Below are positions 1-6,524 of a DNA stretch of 6,805 nt, piece by piece. The stretch spans positions 1 through 6,805 of the forward strand of contig NZ_FUWK01000066.1 in assembly GCF_900167395.1 (NCBI RefSeq), in the 5' to 3' direction. The DNA is from Nitrosomonas europaea (lineage in GTDB: Bacteria > Pseudomonadota > Gammaproteobacteria > Burkholderiales > Nitrosomonadaceae). The first letter of the stretch is position 1. Each line of letters begins with the position of its first letter. The translations under genes and the position numbers were made by a program. The notes beneath the pieces are model-generated. The model ran no database searches and was not told where the DNA came from. It saw only the letters and a list, made by a program, of their open reading frames with translations.

Positions 1-277
1 TGGCTGTTTTCAATATCTCATTGGCTCGGCGCAGTTCCCTGTTCTCACGCTCCAACGCCTTGAGGCGATCACGTTCACTGCTTGTCAGACCTTCGCGTGC
101 GCCATTGTTAATTTCGCTACGTTTAACCCATTCCAGCAACGTGGAGGGCACACAGCCAATCTTGGGTGCAATTGATTCAACCGCCGCCCATAGCGATGGA
201 TATTCGCCTCGATGTTCCTGTACCAGACGAACAGATCGTTCACGAACTTCAGGGGAAAACTTTGTTTGATTGCTCAT
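1..277 (-). CDS. IS3-family transposase OrfA (HTH + leucine-zipper protein), 5' partial
   Basis: Absent from the ORF track because it runs off the window. Hand translation of the minus strand from ATG 277-275 gives [92 protein letters not shown]... The FSPE.R.R.V.LV start, HTH segment and [19 protein letters not shown] zipper are hallmark IS3-family OrfA features. GGAG lies just upstream of the ATG. Confidence 0.85.
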   Translation of the reverse strand, partial: MSNQTKFSPEVRERSVRLVQEHRGEYPSLWAAVESIAPKIGCVPSTLLEWVKRSEINNGAREGLTSSERDRLKALERENRELRRANEILKTA

Positions 278-327
278 GGCTCCATTCTCTCAAAAGTTGG
301 AGCCTCCTCAAAACCCGGGGCGATTCA
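1..327 (-). mobile_element. IS3-family insertion sequence, one terminal end only (element continues beyond window start)
   Basis: Read on the minus strand, the end at 327 starts TGAATCGCCCCGGGTTTTGAGGAGGCTCCAAC (rc of 296-327). A 5'-TG terminal repeat is typical of IS3-family IRs. About 50 nt later come GGAG and the ATG (277-275) of an OrfA-type transposase. The partner IR and TSD lie outside the window, so the exact boundary is inferred. Confidence 0.7.
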
Positions 328-412
328 TATAGATATTAAACAGCATTTGTAATGCTGCGATCAAAAATTTACGGCGCTGACTTGGTGGAGACAAGTTACC
401 GGCGGGGAGAAG

Positions 413-443
413 TAAAAAAAACAAGGAACCGATTTATCGGTTC
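413..443 (-). terminator. Rho-independent terminator downstream of the fic gene
   Basis: Minus strand reads GAACCGAT-AA-ATCGGTTC (stem 443-436 / 433-426) followed by CTTG and T8 (plus-strand A8 at 414-421). It lies about 130 nt downstream of the fic stop at 571. Confidence 0.55.
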
Positions 444-570
444 ACGATATGCGGGGCGTTACGGGGTGCCCCGTTAGAAACGAGGTGTCGGAAAACGAAG
501 TAATGTTGCGGTTAAAGCTGGGGGAAGGCCTTCACTTTATTATGCATCATATCTATAGGTGCCTGGAAAC

Positions 571-2091
571 TCAGCCAGTACTAACCAAGTTCGCCAGCAA
601 CGTCGAGAATGGTTTGATATCCCCCTCAACACTGGCACTTTCCAGTGCGGCCATATAGTCATTTCGTTGCTCCAATGGGATGACTATCCAAGAATAGCCA
701 CCCGAGGCTGACATCAGGTTCATCAGGAAACGTCCGATACGTCCATTACCATCTATATACGGATGAATATAGACAAACATGAAGTGTCCGAGAACGACAC
801 GGACTGCCGCTTCATTTTCCTGCTGCAACAACTCGAACAATACAGGCATTAACTCACGTACCGCTTCCTTGCCGGGGGGCGTGTGCATCGAGCGGCGAAT
901 GTAAACCGGGCTATTACGATAACCCGCAAGATCGGCAGCTTTCAGGATACCTGCGGTAACACTGGGGCCGAATAATTCACGGTACCATTGGGCGTGGTCG
1001 CTTTCGGCAACAGTACCAGCGTTTTCCTGGCTCAATACTTTTCCGATACTCTCCCTGACCTTCTGGAAAGCTTGCCAGTAACCCCTCGCTGCCAAAGCAT
1101 TCCGGTGGTCCTGATCATCTTTATTACTGTCCGGATTCCAGTTCCCCGAACGTACCTTCTCAATCAACGCTGCACTGACCTTATAGCCCTCAATGGACAG
1201 GGAGTTGTAAGCATCGTTGACATAGACTGCTTCGACCTGTTTCAGATATTTGGCTGAATCAGCAGGAAGGCCGGGAGCCGCCGGGAAACTATGCAGCACA
1301 TCTTCACGCATGCTTGCCCAGTTCATCCGCATACGGTTGACATAGGGTGAAGTTTCACGAGGGCTGAATATGATCTGTGCCTGATCCTTGAAGGGATTAT
1401 TCTCGTTCACGGTATATCCGGCTGCCCGCATTGCGCCCAGAATGTCATCTGCAATCTGCTTACGACCGATGCTGCGACAAGCACCGGCCAGCCATCCGGC
1501 AATTTTCGAGTGTCCACCAGCCAGTAATCGACCCAATAACTCCGAAGCATCCTGCATCATGGTCAGGGCAGTACGCATTTCTGTGGGATGAGCGGAGAAT
1601 TGAGTTTGTGAGCAACCCACCAGTGCGGCGGGCAAGTTGTAAATACGCATGCCCTCCTTTATTTCGGTATCCGATGCCGGTGGCAATTCCAGCCTAACAT
1701 CCAGAATGGAAGTCCCATGCAACAGACCAGTTGGTTTGTTGCCCCCCTTGGGAGAACGGATCAGCAATTGCTTTGGTACGCTCCAGTTGCCAGTATGCAG
1801 ATGGATGGACTGTTCCGGGCTGACGCACCATTCGTCACCAAATCTGGACTCAAGATAGGATGCGCAAAATACCCAGAACGAGGCGTACCAGGAAGTGCTT
1901 TCGCCTGCCGGTTCATCAGGACGGGAAGGAATGTACCAGCCTTTCATCACCTCCTTGATGAAGCCGTTTCTCATCAGCCGTTCGCGGTGGGTGCGCCCCA
2001 TATCTTCAGAACGCAAGGCCTTGCGTCCCTGATCCCGGAGTGTTTTCAGAACGGCAAGAGATTCTGCAAGTTTGTCAGCGGGTGTGGCCAT
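571..2091 (-). CDS. Fic-domain protein (AMPylase/adenylyltransferase family) with an intramolecular inhibitory-helix motif and a long wHTH-containing N-terminal extension
   Basis: 506-aa ORF. It has the canonical Fic active-site motif HPYIDGNGRIGR (HxFx[D/E]GNGRxxR; nt 730-765). SLSIEG in the same chain matches the [S/T]xxxE[G/N] inhibitory motif (nt 1186-1203), the class II arrangement. The N-terminal ~230 aa (..RERLMRNGFIKEVMKGWYIPSRPD.., ..CVSPEQSIHLHTG..) looks like a wHTH/AbiEi-type domain; this rests on pattern recall only. Confidence 0.9.
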   Translation of the reverse strand: MATPADKLAESLAVLKTLRDQGRKALRSEDMGRTHRERLMRNGFIKEVMKGWYIPSRPDEPAGESTSWYASFWVFCASYLESRFGDEWCVSPEQSIHLHTGNWSVPKQLLIRSPKGGNKPTGLLHGTSILDVRLELPPASDTEIKEGMRIYNLPAALVGCSQTQFSAHPTEMRTALTMMQDASELLGRLLAGGHSKIAGWLAGACRSIGRKQIADDILGAMRAAGYTVNENNPFKDQAQIIFSPRETSPYVNRMRMNWASMREDVLHSFPAAPGLPADSAKYLKQVEAVYVNDAYNSLSIEGYKVSAALIEKVRSGNWNPDSNKDDQDHRNALAARGYWQAFQKVRESIGKVLSQENAGTVAESDHAQWYRELFGPSVTAGILKAADLAGYRNSPVYIRRSMHTPPGKEAVRELMPVLFELLQQENEAAVRVVLGHFMFVYIHPYIDGNGRIGRFLMNLMSASGGYSWIVIPLEQRNDYMAALESASVEGDIKPFSTLLANLVSTG

Positions 2092-2111
2092 TGTATTGCC
2101 TAGCCGAATGT

Positions 2112-2207
2112 TAGATTTATCTGTTATCTTATATTTAGGTTATTATGTTTTATCATTTTTAGGTTTTCATGTAAACCCATTTCTAGGTTATTGTGAAAAT
2201 GGTGTTT
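2112..2207. repeat. Four tandem imperfect direct repeats with exact 24-bp periodicity in the AT-rich fic upstream region (iteron/operator-like)
   Basis: Units start at 2112, 2136, 2160 and 2184: TAGATTTATCTG.., TAGGTTATTATG.., TAGGTTTTCATG.., TAGGTTATTGTG.. The 12-nt core is TAGGTTaTt.TG, followed by a less conserved T/A-rich 12 nt. The array ends 20 nt from the fic start codon (2091) and must overlap the fic promoter. Confidence 0.7.
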
Positions 2208-2606
2208 GTTTCGATGGGTTCCGGGGAGTGAAATCCCCCAGTCGTGATCCAACCACAACGAGGTTGGCGCGTATCCAAACGGCGCAAGGTTGATCAATGG
2301 GTGTCCAGAGGGAGAGCGAATTCTCCTTCTTGGTCATGGGGGTGTCGGGGGAGCTTGAAGGCTCCTCTGAATGGTGACGCAACGACCAGACGTTATACCG
2401 GCGCTGAAGGCTCAATGCCAGCATGCGCCGGTATGCAGGGGGTATCCAACAGGGGGCGGCACGCTCCCTTTGGCAAGAGAGTGCTGTATTACAGCACACA
2501 TCTTGCAGTCAGCCTTACGGGATCGGCATCAGAGGGATGAACCCTATCTGCACCGGATCATGACCCATCGATGGAAACTAACCGAATGGGCCGATATCAA
2601 TTCCGG
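2208..2606. other. Non-coding, hairpin-dense block; candidate structured RNA or long structured fic leader (strand undetermined)
   Basis: The three overlapping ORFs here have R/C/W/G-rich, non-protein-like translations. The block holds many local stems. There is a perfect 10-bp inverted repeat ATACCGGCGC/GCGCCGGTAT (2395-2404 / 2425-2434, 20-nt loop). Others: GTGCTGT-att-ACAGCAC (2481-2497), AGAGGGAGA/TCTCCTTCT (2307-2330), CCAACC/GGTTGG (2249-2267), GGAGC/GCTCC (2350-2365), CCAAcAGGGGG/CTCCCTTTGG (2446-2473) and the palindrome CCATCGATGG (2565-2574). I recognised no known RNA family. Confidence 0.35.
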
Positions 2607-2899
2607 TTAGGTTTTTGTAATCAGATAAGTCCCTGCACCCACCATCAAGCAACCTGAAACCAGCCGGGCTTTATTCTCAATTGCCAGTTCTTTGCCCATC
2701 AGCATGATCTTCGTTGCGGTATAGGCATATACCAGCTTGATGCCACCAACCGTTACCGCCGTAATCAGCAAGATGGTCGATATATCCGGTAACGTCAGCG
2801 CAGATATATCGATAAATGCCGGAAATAGGCTCGCATAAAAAAATATCGCCTTAACGTCACCAAGCGTCACCACAAAACCTGCAAGGAAACTCGCGCATA
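2607..2899 (-). pseudogene. LysE/RhtB-family amino-acid exporter, C-terminal fragment (gene interrupted by IS630-family element)
   Basis: Minus-strand translation gives ..SGICASFLAGFVVTLGDVKAIFFYASLFPAFIDISALTLPDISTILLITAVTVGGIKLVYAYTATKI..LMVGAGTYLITKT*. It is hydrophobic and multi-TM, with the LysE-type central motif (F..Gf...l.[NPK-like]KAI.F..s..P.FI). The reading frame stays open up to the IS junction at 2899. The track ORF 2607-2873 is the part downstream of an internal GTG. Confidence 0.75.
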
Positions 2900-2932
2900 T
2901 TCCGCTGCTAGAGCATTTTTCTTCTAGTTGGA
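2900..2932 (+). repeat. IS630-family left terminal inverted repeat (IRL)
   Basis: TTCCGCTGCTAGAGCATTTTTCTTCTAGTTGGA pairs with the rc of 3925-3957, TTCCGGCGCTAGAGCGCTTCTCGTTTAGTTGGA. It is preceded by TA (2898-2899). Confidence 0.8.
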
Positions 2933-2988
2933 ATCATTGGGATTCCCCTGTGAGTTAAAATAAGAGAGGATAGGGGCGGAGGTGAGAG

Positions 2989-3933
2989 ATGCCGAAAGCT
3001 TATTCTGAGGATTTGCGCCGCCGGGTTGTGGCGGACACGGACAAGGGTCTGAGTATCAGGGCTGTGGCCAATAAATATTCAGTTAGCCCGTCATTTGTAT
3101 CGAAGATAACCTGCCTGTGGAGACAGGAAGGGAGCGTTTCCCCGCGCAGGATCGGGGGCTACCGGCGTCATGCGCTGGAAGCCCATGCTGCTGAAGTCAG
3201 GGGTAAGCTTCTGGAGGCAAGGGCATAACGCTTGCGCAGCTGCGCGATTGGATTGAAGAAGCTTTGGGGGTTCGTGTTCACATTCCCTCGGTTGACCGGT
3301 TTATCCGCTCGCTGGGATACAGTTATAAAAAAAACACTGCGGGCCAGCGAACAAGAACGTGCTGACGTGGCAGCGGCAAGGCTCGTCTGGCAGGACTGGC
3401 AAAAAACCTGCGACTGCGCGCGCCTGATCTTTCTCGATGAAACAGGAGCAAGCACAGACATGACGAGGCAGCATGGCCGCAGCCCTGTGGGAGAGCGATG
3501 CTATGACCATGCTTCCGGCGGTCACTGGAAAACCATGACTTTCGTTGCCGGACTGCATCTTGATGGTCTGCTTGCGCCGTGGTGTCTGGATGTTCCCATG
3601 AACGGCGCAGCTTTCCTGGCTTATGTGGAAACCCAGCTTTGCCCTGCACTCAAGCCAGGTGATATCGTCATCTGCGACAACCTGGGCAGCCATAAGGTTG
3701 CCGGTATCCGGGAGATGATCAAGGACAAAGGCGCAGAAATCCTTTATCTGCCGCCTTATTCTCCCGACCTCAACCCCATTGAGCAGGTCTTCTCCAAAAT
3801 CAAAACCCTCCTGCGTAAAGCCGCTGAACGATCCTTTGATGCTCTCTGGGCCGCCATCGGGCGCATCATTGAAACCATCCGGCCCCAGGAATGCCGCAAC
3901 TACTTCGCCAACTCCGGCTATGTGTCCAACTAA
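2989..3933 (+). pseudogene. IS630-family DDE (DD35E) transposase, reading frame broken twice (frame 1 -> 3 -> 1)
   Basis: Frame 1 (2989-3228): MPKAYSEDLRRRVVADTDKGLSIRAVANKYSVSPSFVSKI..GSVSPRRIGGYRR, the typical IS630 N-terminal HTH. Frame 3 (about 3222-3335): [37 protein letters not shown]. Frame 1 again (about 3328-3933): [55 protein letters not shown]. The catalytic D, D and E are present, with 35 residues between the second D and the E. The shifts fall at G3 (3221-3223) and A8 (3327-3334). Confidence 0.8.
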
Positions 3934-3957
3934 ACGAGAAGCGCTCTAGCGCCGGAA
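3925..3957 (+). repeat. IS630-family right terminal inverted repeat (IRR)
   Basis: TCCAACTAAACGAGAAGCGCTCTAGCGCCGGAA is the reverse complement partner of IRL (26/33). It is followed by TA (3958-3959) and contains the transposase stop TAA (3931-3933). Confidence 0.8.
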
Positions 3958-4262
3958 TATTTGCAGATCAACGTTTTTGCCCTGTTTCTGATCAAGCCAA
4001 TGCCGAACCCAATCAGGTAAATGCCTGCTGCGAATTTAATCACTAAAAAGAAGGTACCCATCATCTCCGACAGTGCCGTTAACCCCAGTATCGCCAGCAT
4101 TGCAAAAACCAGATCACCCAGCACGATCCCCATCGAAACAGCAGCCCCATTTGCAAAATTCATCGTGGCTGTACGAGTGATCACCAGGGCCACACTTGTG
4201 CTGGGAATGGCAGCAAGCATTATCATGATGGCGAAAAATGCCGCAGCGTCAAAAAAACTCAT
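3958..4262 (-). pseudogene. LysE/RhtB-family amino-acid exporter, N-terminal fragment
   Basis: MSFFDAAAFFAIMIMLAAIPSTSVALVITRTATMNFANGAAVSMGIVLGDLVFAMLAILGLTALSEMMGTFFLVIKFAAGIYLIGFGIGLIRNR.. has the typical LysE-family N-terminal half (P.S/G..... motif, three TM helices). AGGA lies about 8 nt upstream of the ATG at 4262. The track ORF (3930-4262) runs into the IS, and its last residues are IS-derived. Confidence 0.75.
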
Positions 4263-4369
4263 GGGGATTCCTGCAATATATCGGACTAGATTGATGTCAC
4301 GATGAGAAAAAACTTCATTTATTCTTTATGCTACCGTTGATTTCATGCTCAGGAAAACAATTGTGCCCT

Positions 4370-6007
4370 TTAGAGCCACAACCGGGTCTTGCCTTTGAAA
4401 GGTTTGTTAAAAAGCGGATTGACACCCACCCATTTCACCCAAGGCTTAACCTCGTGATAGCCGATTTTGGATAGGTGGATGGGACGGTGATTACCCATGA
4501 ACAAAATGGTATCAGAGGTGCGCCGTACCTCGTCTGCCGTCATCAGGCGACGCGGCGCATCCTGAATCGACCGGGTTGGTGCATCGAACAGACTGCGGCC
4601 AAGATTGTGATTGAGCGCCTTGATGGTGGATTCACCGAGCATATCTGAAATCAACTGGCAGGTCTTGTATGAGCGAACCCCCATGATGATCTTCACTTCT
4701 GTTTGAGAAAGCAACGTTTCCAGGCTTTCGCGCCCGTACACATGTGCCCATTGTTCCAGCTCCTGCACGATCAGCCACAGCTTGATCTTGAACTCCCGTG
4801 CCAATGTCAACAGCGAAGGTAAATCATTGATCTTTATATTAGTTATTTCATCGCACAGGAAGCAAACCGATTTTCCGTTCTGAAAGCGGATCAATTCTGT
4901 CAAAGCGCACCACGACAATAAACCCAGCCACGGGGCATAAACGGCCATGCGTGTCGGATCGGCGAGCAGATAAACCGTCATCTTCTTTTTCTTAAGATCA
5001 GCAAAGCGGAAATCGCAGGTAGAAGTGCACTCGGCCAGCTTCCCACTCGGAGAAAAAATTTCGAGCGGCTGGATGGCTCCTTCCCTGAACGACTCAATCT
5101 GCTTCTGATCGCCGCTATCGAATTTTGCCAGCAGATCCTTGGCCGATCTGGCCAGATCGCCATTCAGATGCGCAGAATACTGCGCATCCTGAAGCGCCTT
5201 GAGTAAAGCTTCCTTATCACTGAGCAAGCACAGTGCATCGGCCAATGTGGCGTGATTGCTGTTCGTCACCTGGTATACGAACGCAAATACCAGGAACTTG
5301 CGCGAACCGTTGCGGAAATACTGGTTCTCGCCCTGCTGGACCGGATCCTGGCAAAGCTGCTTGGCGATGCTTTGCGCATCGGATAAAAGCTGCGCATGCC
5401 TATCCGGATTATTCCAGCTGTCGATCAGAATCTGCAACGGATTGTATCTGGCCCCTGCTCCCAGGATATCCTGATACAAGCCACCCGGATTGACGCACAG
5501 GATCTCATGCTTGTAGCGCTTGCGCCGAAGCTCTGCGGTCATACAAGCCAGTGTTCCTTTAAGATCAGGAACGAACATGCTAATGGGATTGTGGCATAGC
5601 GCCGGTATTACGAATGTCACCGTCTTGCCACCCCCGGCAGGACTCAAAACCAACCCGGAAGATTCGATATCGACAAATACCGGTCTGTTCTCATGCACCC
5701 CGGCCAGAAAACCGCCACGCCTGTTATACAGGCCCATTTTCTCGATATCTCGCGATGAAGCCCAGGCTGCACTTCCGGAACGGTCAGTCGGCTTCATCGC
5801 ACGTTTGCGGAAAAATAATCTGATGAGATATAACAGGCTGTAAAGTACGCCTTTGATCAAGGTGAGAACGGCACCCAGCGCCAGAAAGACCGGAACAGCG
5901 AGCAGATCACTGTGCAGCCAATCCCGGGTCTCCCAGGCTCCCCAGCCGCACAGGCCACTCAGAACAAGAAGAACAAACGGATTAGTTATCTGATTACGCG
6001 GCTGCAC
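4370..6007 (-). CDS. Type IV coupling protein-like ATPase (VirD4/TraG/TrwB family), orphan
   Basis: 545-aa ORF. It has two N-terminal TM helices (FVLLVLSGLCGWGAW; AVPVFLALGAVLTLIKGVLYSLLYLI) and the juxtamembrane SGSAAWASSRDIEKMGL (compare the GSARWA motif of VirD4/TraG). Walker A is SPAGGGKT (nt 5621-5644) and Walker B is CFLCDE (nt 4847-4864). Also T4CP-typical: LWLIVQELEQWAHVYG and the C-terminal LMTADEVRR..ILFMGNHRPIHLSKIGYH. The longest-frame start is GTG (6007-6005), 3 nt after the upstream stop; the next in-frame Met is at residue 70, after the TM region. Confidence 0.85.
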   Translation of the reverse strand: MQPRNQITNPFVLLVLSGLCGWGAWETRDWLHSDLLAVPVFLALGAVLTLIKGVLYSLLYLIRLFFRKRAMKPTDRSGSAAWASSRDIEKMGLYNRRGGFLAGVHENRPVFVDIESSGLVLSPAGGGKTVTFVIPALCHNPISMFVPDLKGTLACMTAELRRKRYKHEILCVNPGGLYQDILGAGARYNPLQILIDSWNNPDRHAQLLSDAQSIAKQLCQDPVQQGENQYFRNGSRKFLVFAFVYQVTNSNHATLADALCLLSDKEALLKALQDAQYSAHLNGDLARSAKDLLAKFDSGDQKQIESFREGAIQPLEIFSPSGKLAECTSTCDFRFADLKKKKMTVYLLADPTRMAVYAPWLGLLSWCALTELIRFQNGKSVCFLCDEITNIKINDLPSLLTLAREFKIKLWLIVQELEQWAHVYGRESLETLLSQTEVKIIMGVRSYKTCQLISDMLGESTIKALNHNLGRSLFDAPTRSIQDAPRRLMTADEVRRTSDTILFMGNHRPIHLSKIGYHEVKPWVKWVGVNPLFNKPFKGKTRLWL

Positions 6008-6010
6008 AGA

Positions 6011-6475
6011 TTATCGTGCCCTGATAATGTGCAACGGATCGACGATCACTGAATGATTGCCGCTTGCTTTGCCGGTTTCGATGATTTTTGCAACCCCCTG
6101 TCCCCGGTTGCCGCGTGTGGCAGAAATATGAAAGGGCGCGGCATACGTGTTCTCATCAACGGCAATACGAATTTCACCGGAAACGCCTTGCGGCGCTTCT
6201 CCCTCATAAAAGTTGATGGCAATCACCACTGGGCGCAAATCAAGCGGTACGTCGAAACTGATAGTCTCATAGCCGTTCGTCGGCTGCGGCGAATTGCGGT
6301 AATCCTTCCAGTAACGCCCATGCGTCGTAACCATGCGTCCGAAATAGATAACCTCCGCACCCGGCAAGGGACGCGCATAAATGTCCAGATCGCATAAAGC
6401 GCATTGCCAGGAGATGCCAATCTTCACATTCTCCGCACGGACGATTTGCCTTTGCGGTAACGCCATCTTGCTCAC
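6011..6475 (-). CDS. Hypothetical 154-aa cytoplasmic beta-rich protein, tentatively TerD-like fold; translationally coupled to the T4CP-like gene
   Basis: The ORF has a GTG at 6475 and an ATG three codons in (6466-6464). There is no signal peptide or TM segment. Its pattern VKIGISWQ..CDLDIYA..VIYFGR..HGRY..YETISFDVPLDLRPVVIAINFY..VSGEIRIAV parallels the TerD-family layout (VGLGWD..DLDASA..FIFYNN..DGSV..DDE.L.I.L..VDKIIFVV.I..GAFIRL). It lacks the canonical GDN.TG.G.GDDE Ca-binding residues. The fold call is from memory, not a search. Confidence 0.6.
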   Translation of the reverse strand: MSKMALPQRQIVRAENVKIGISWQCALCDLDIYARPLPGAEVIYFGRMVTTHGRYWKDYRNSPQPTNGYETISFDVPLDLRPVVIAINFYEGEAPQGVSGEIRIAVDENTYAAPFHISATRGNRGQGVAKIIETGKASGNHSVIVDPLHIIRAR

Positions 6476-6524
6476 TGGGCGTTCGAAGATGGATTGTTTA
6501 TTCTCTATCTGTTTGGTCCCGCAT

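Larger units (their letters stand above)
2900..3957 (+). mobile_element. IS630-family insertion sequence (1058 bp) inserted at a TA in the LysE-family gene
   Basis: It has 33-bp imperfect terminal IRs (26/33 identical) and is flanked by TA at 2898-2899 and 3958-3959. It encodes an IS630/Tc1-mariner-type DD35E transposase, and the transposase stop codon lies inside IRR. The flanks continue the two halves of one LysE-family gene. Confidence 0.85.

Noticed and set aside
21-269. 82-aa plus-strand ORF
   Set aside because: It is antisense to the clearly recognisable IS3 OrfA reading frame. Its translation is R/S-rich and low-complexity, with no RBS.
449-658. 69-aa plus-strand ORF spanning the fic 3' end
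   Set aside because: It overlaps the fic C-terminus in antisense and the terminator region. It has no recognisable motif or RBS and is most likely spurious.
988-2103. Five plus-strand ORFs (67-128 aa) inside the fic locus
   Set aside because: All are antisense shadows of the 506-aa Fic ORF. Their composition is P/R/C-rich and none is family-like.
2112-2207. Type III toxin-antitoxin style RNA repeat array upstream of a toxin gene
   Set aside because: The position (repeats just upstream of a toxin-like gene) is suggestive. However, type III antitoxin repeats are near-identical, longer (about 36-45 nt) and paired with ToxN/AbiQ-type endoRNases. Here only a 12-nt core is conserved and the partner is Fic, so protein-binding sites are more likely.
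2072-2293. 73-aa plus-strand ORF with a hydrophobic LGY-repeat peptide
   Set aside because: The repeated LGY/FLG residues are simply the translation of the 24-bp DNA repeats. It starts inside the fic coding region and has no RBS.
2337-2456. Four G5 tracts (about 2338, 2347, 2437, 2452) as a G-quadruplex
   Set aside because: The tracts are split into two pairs about 90 nt apart, too far for a canonical intramolecular G4. They are more simply halves of local hairpins.
2188-2610. Three overlapping ORFs (103, 98 and 79 aa) in the structured block
   Set aside because: They overlap each other and are rich in R/C/W/G, with no domain-like pattern or RBS. The region is better explained as non-coding.
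3168-3693. Minus-strand ORFs (97, 130 and 108 aa) inside IS630
   Set aside because: They are antisense to the conserved transposase frames and their translations are not protein-like.
4021-4305. 94-aa plus-strand ORF
   Set aside because: It is antisense to the N-terminal LysE fragment, a typical shadow ORF of a membrane-protein gene.
4978-5843. Six small ORFs on both strands within the T4CP gene
   Set aside because: All overlap the 545-aa ORF, which carries coherent T4CP motifs along its whole length. They have no independent support.
6053-6420. 114-aa plus-strand ORF and 65-aa minus-strand ORF overlapping the 154-aa gene
   Set aside because: They are antisense or out of frame relative to the better-supported 154-aa ORF, and their translations are R-rich and low-complexity.
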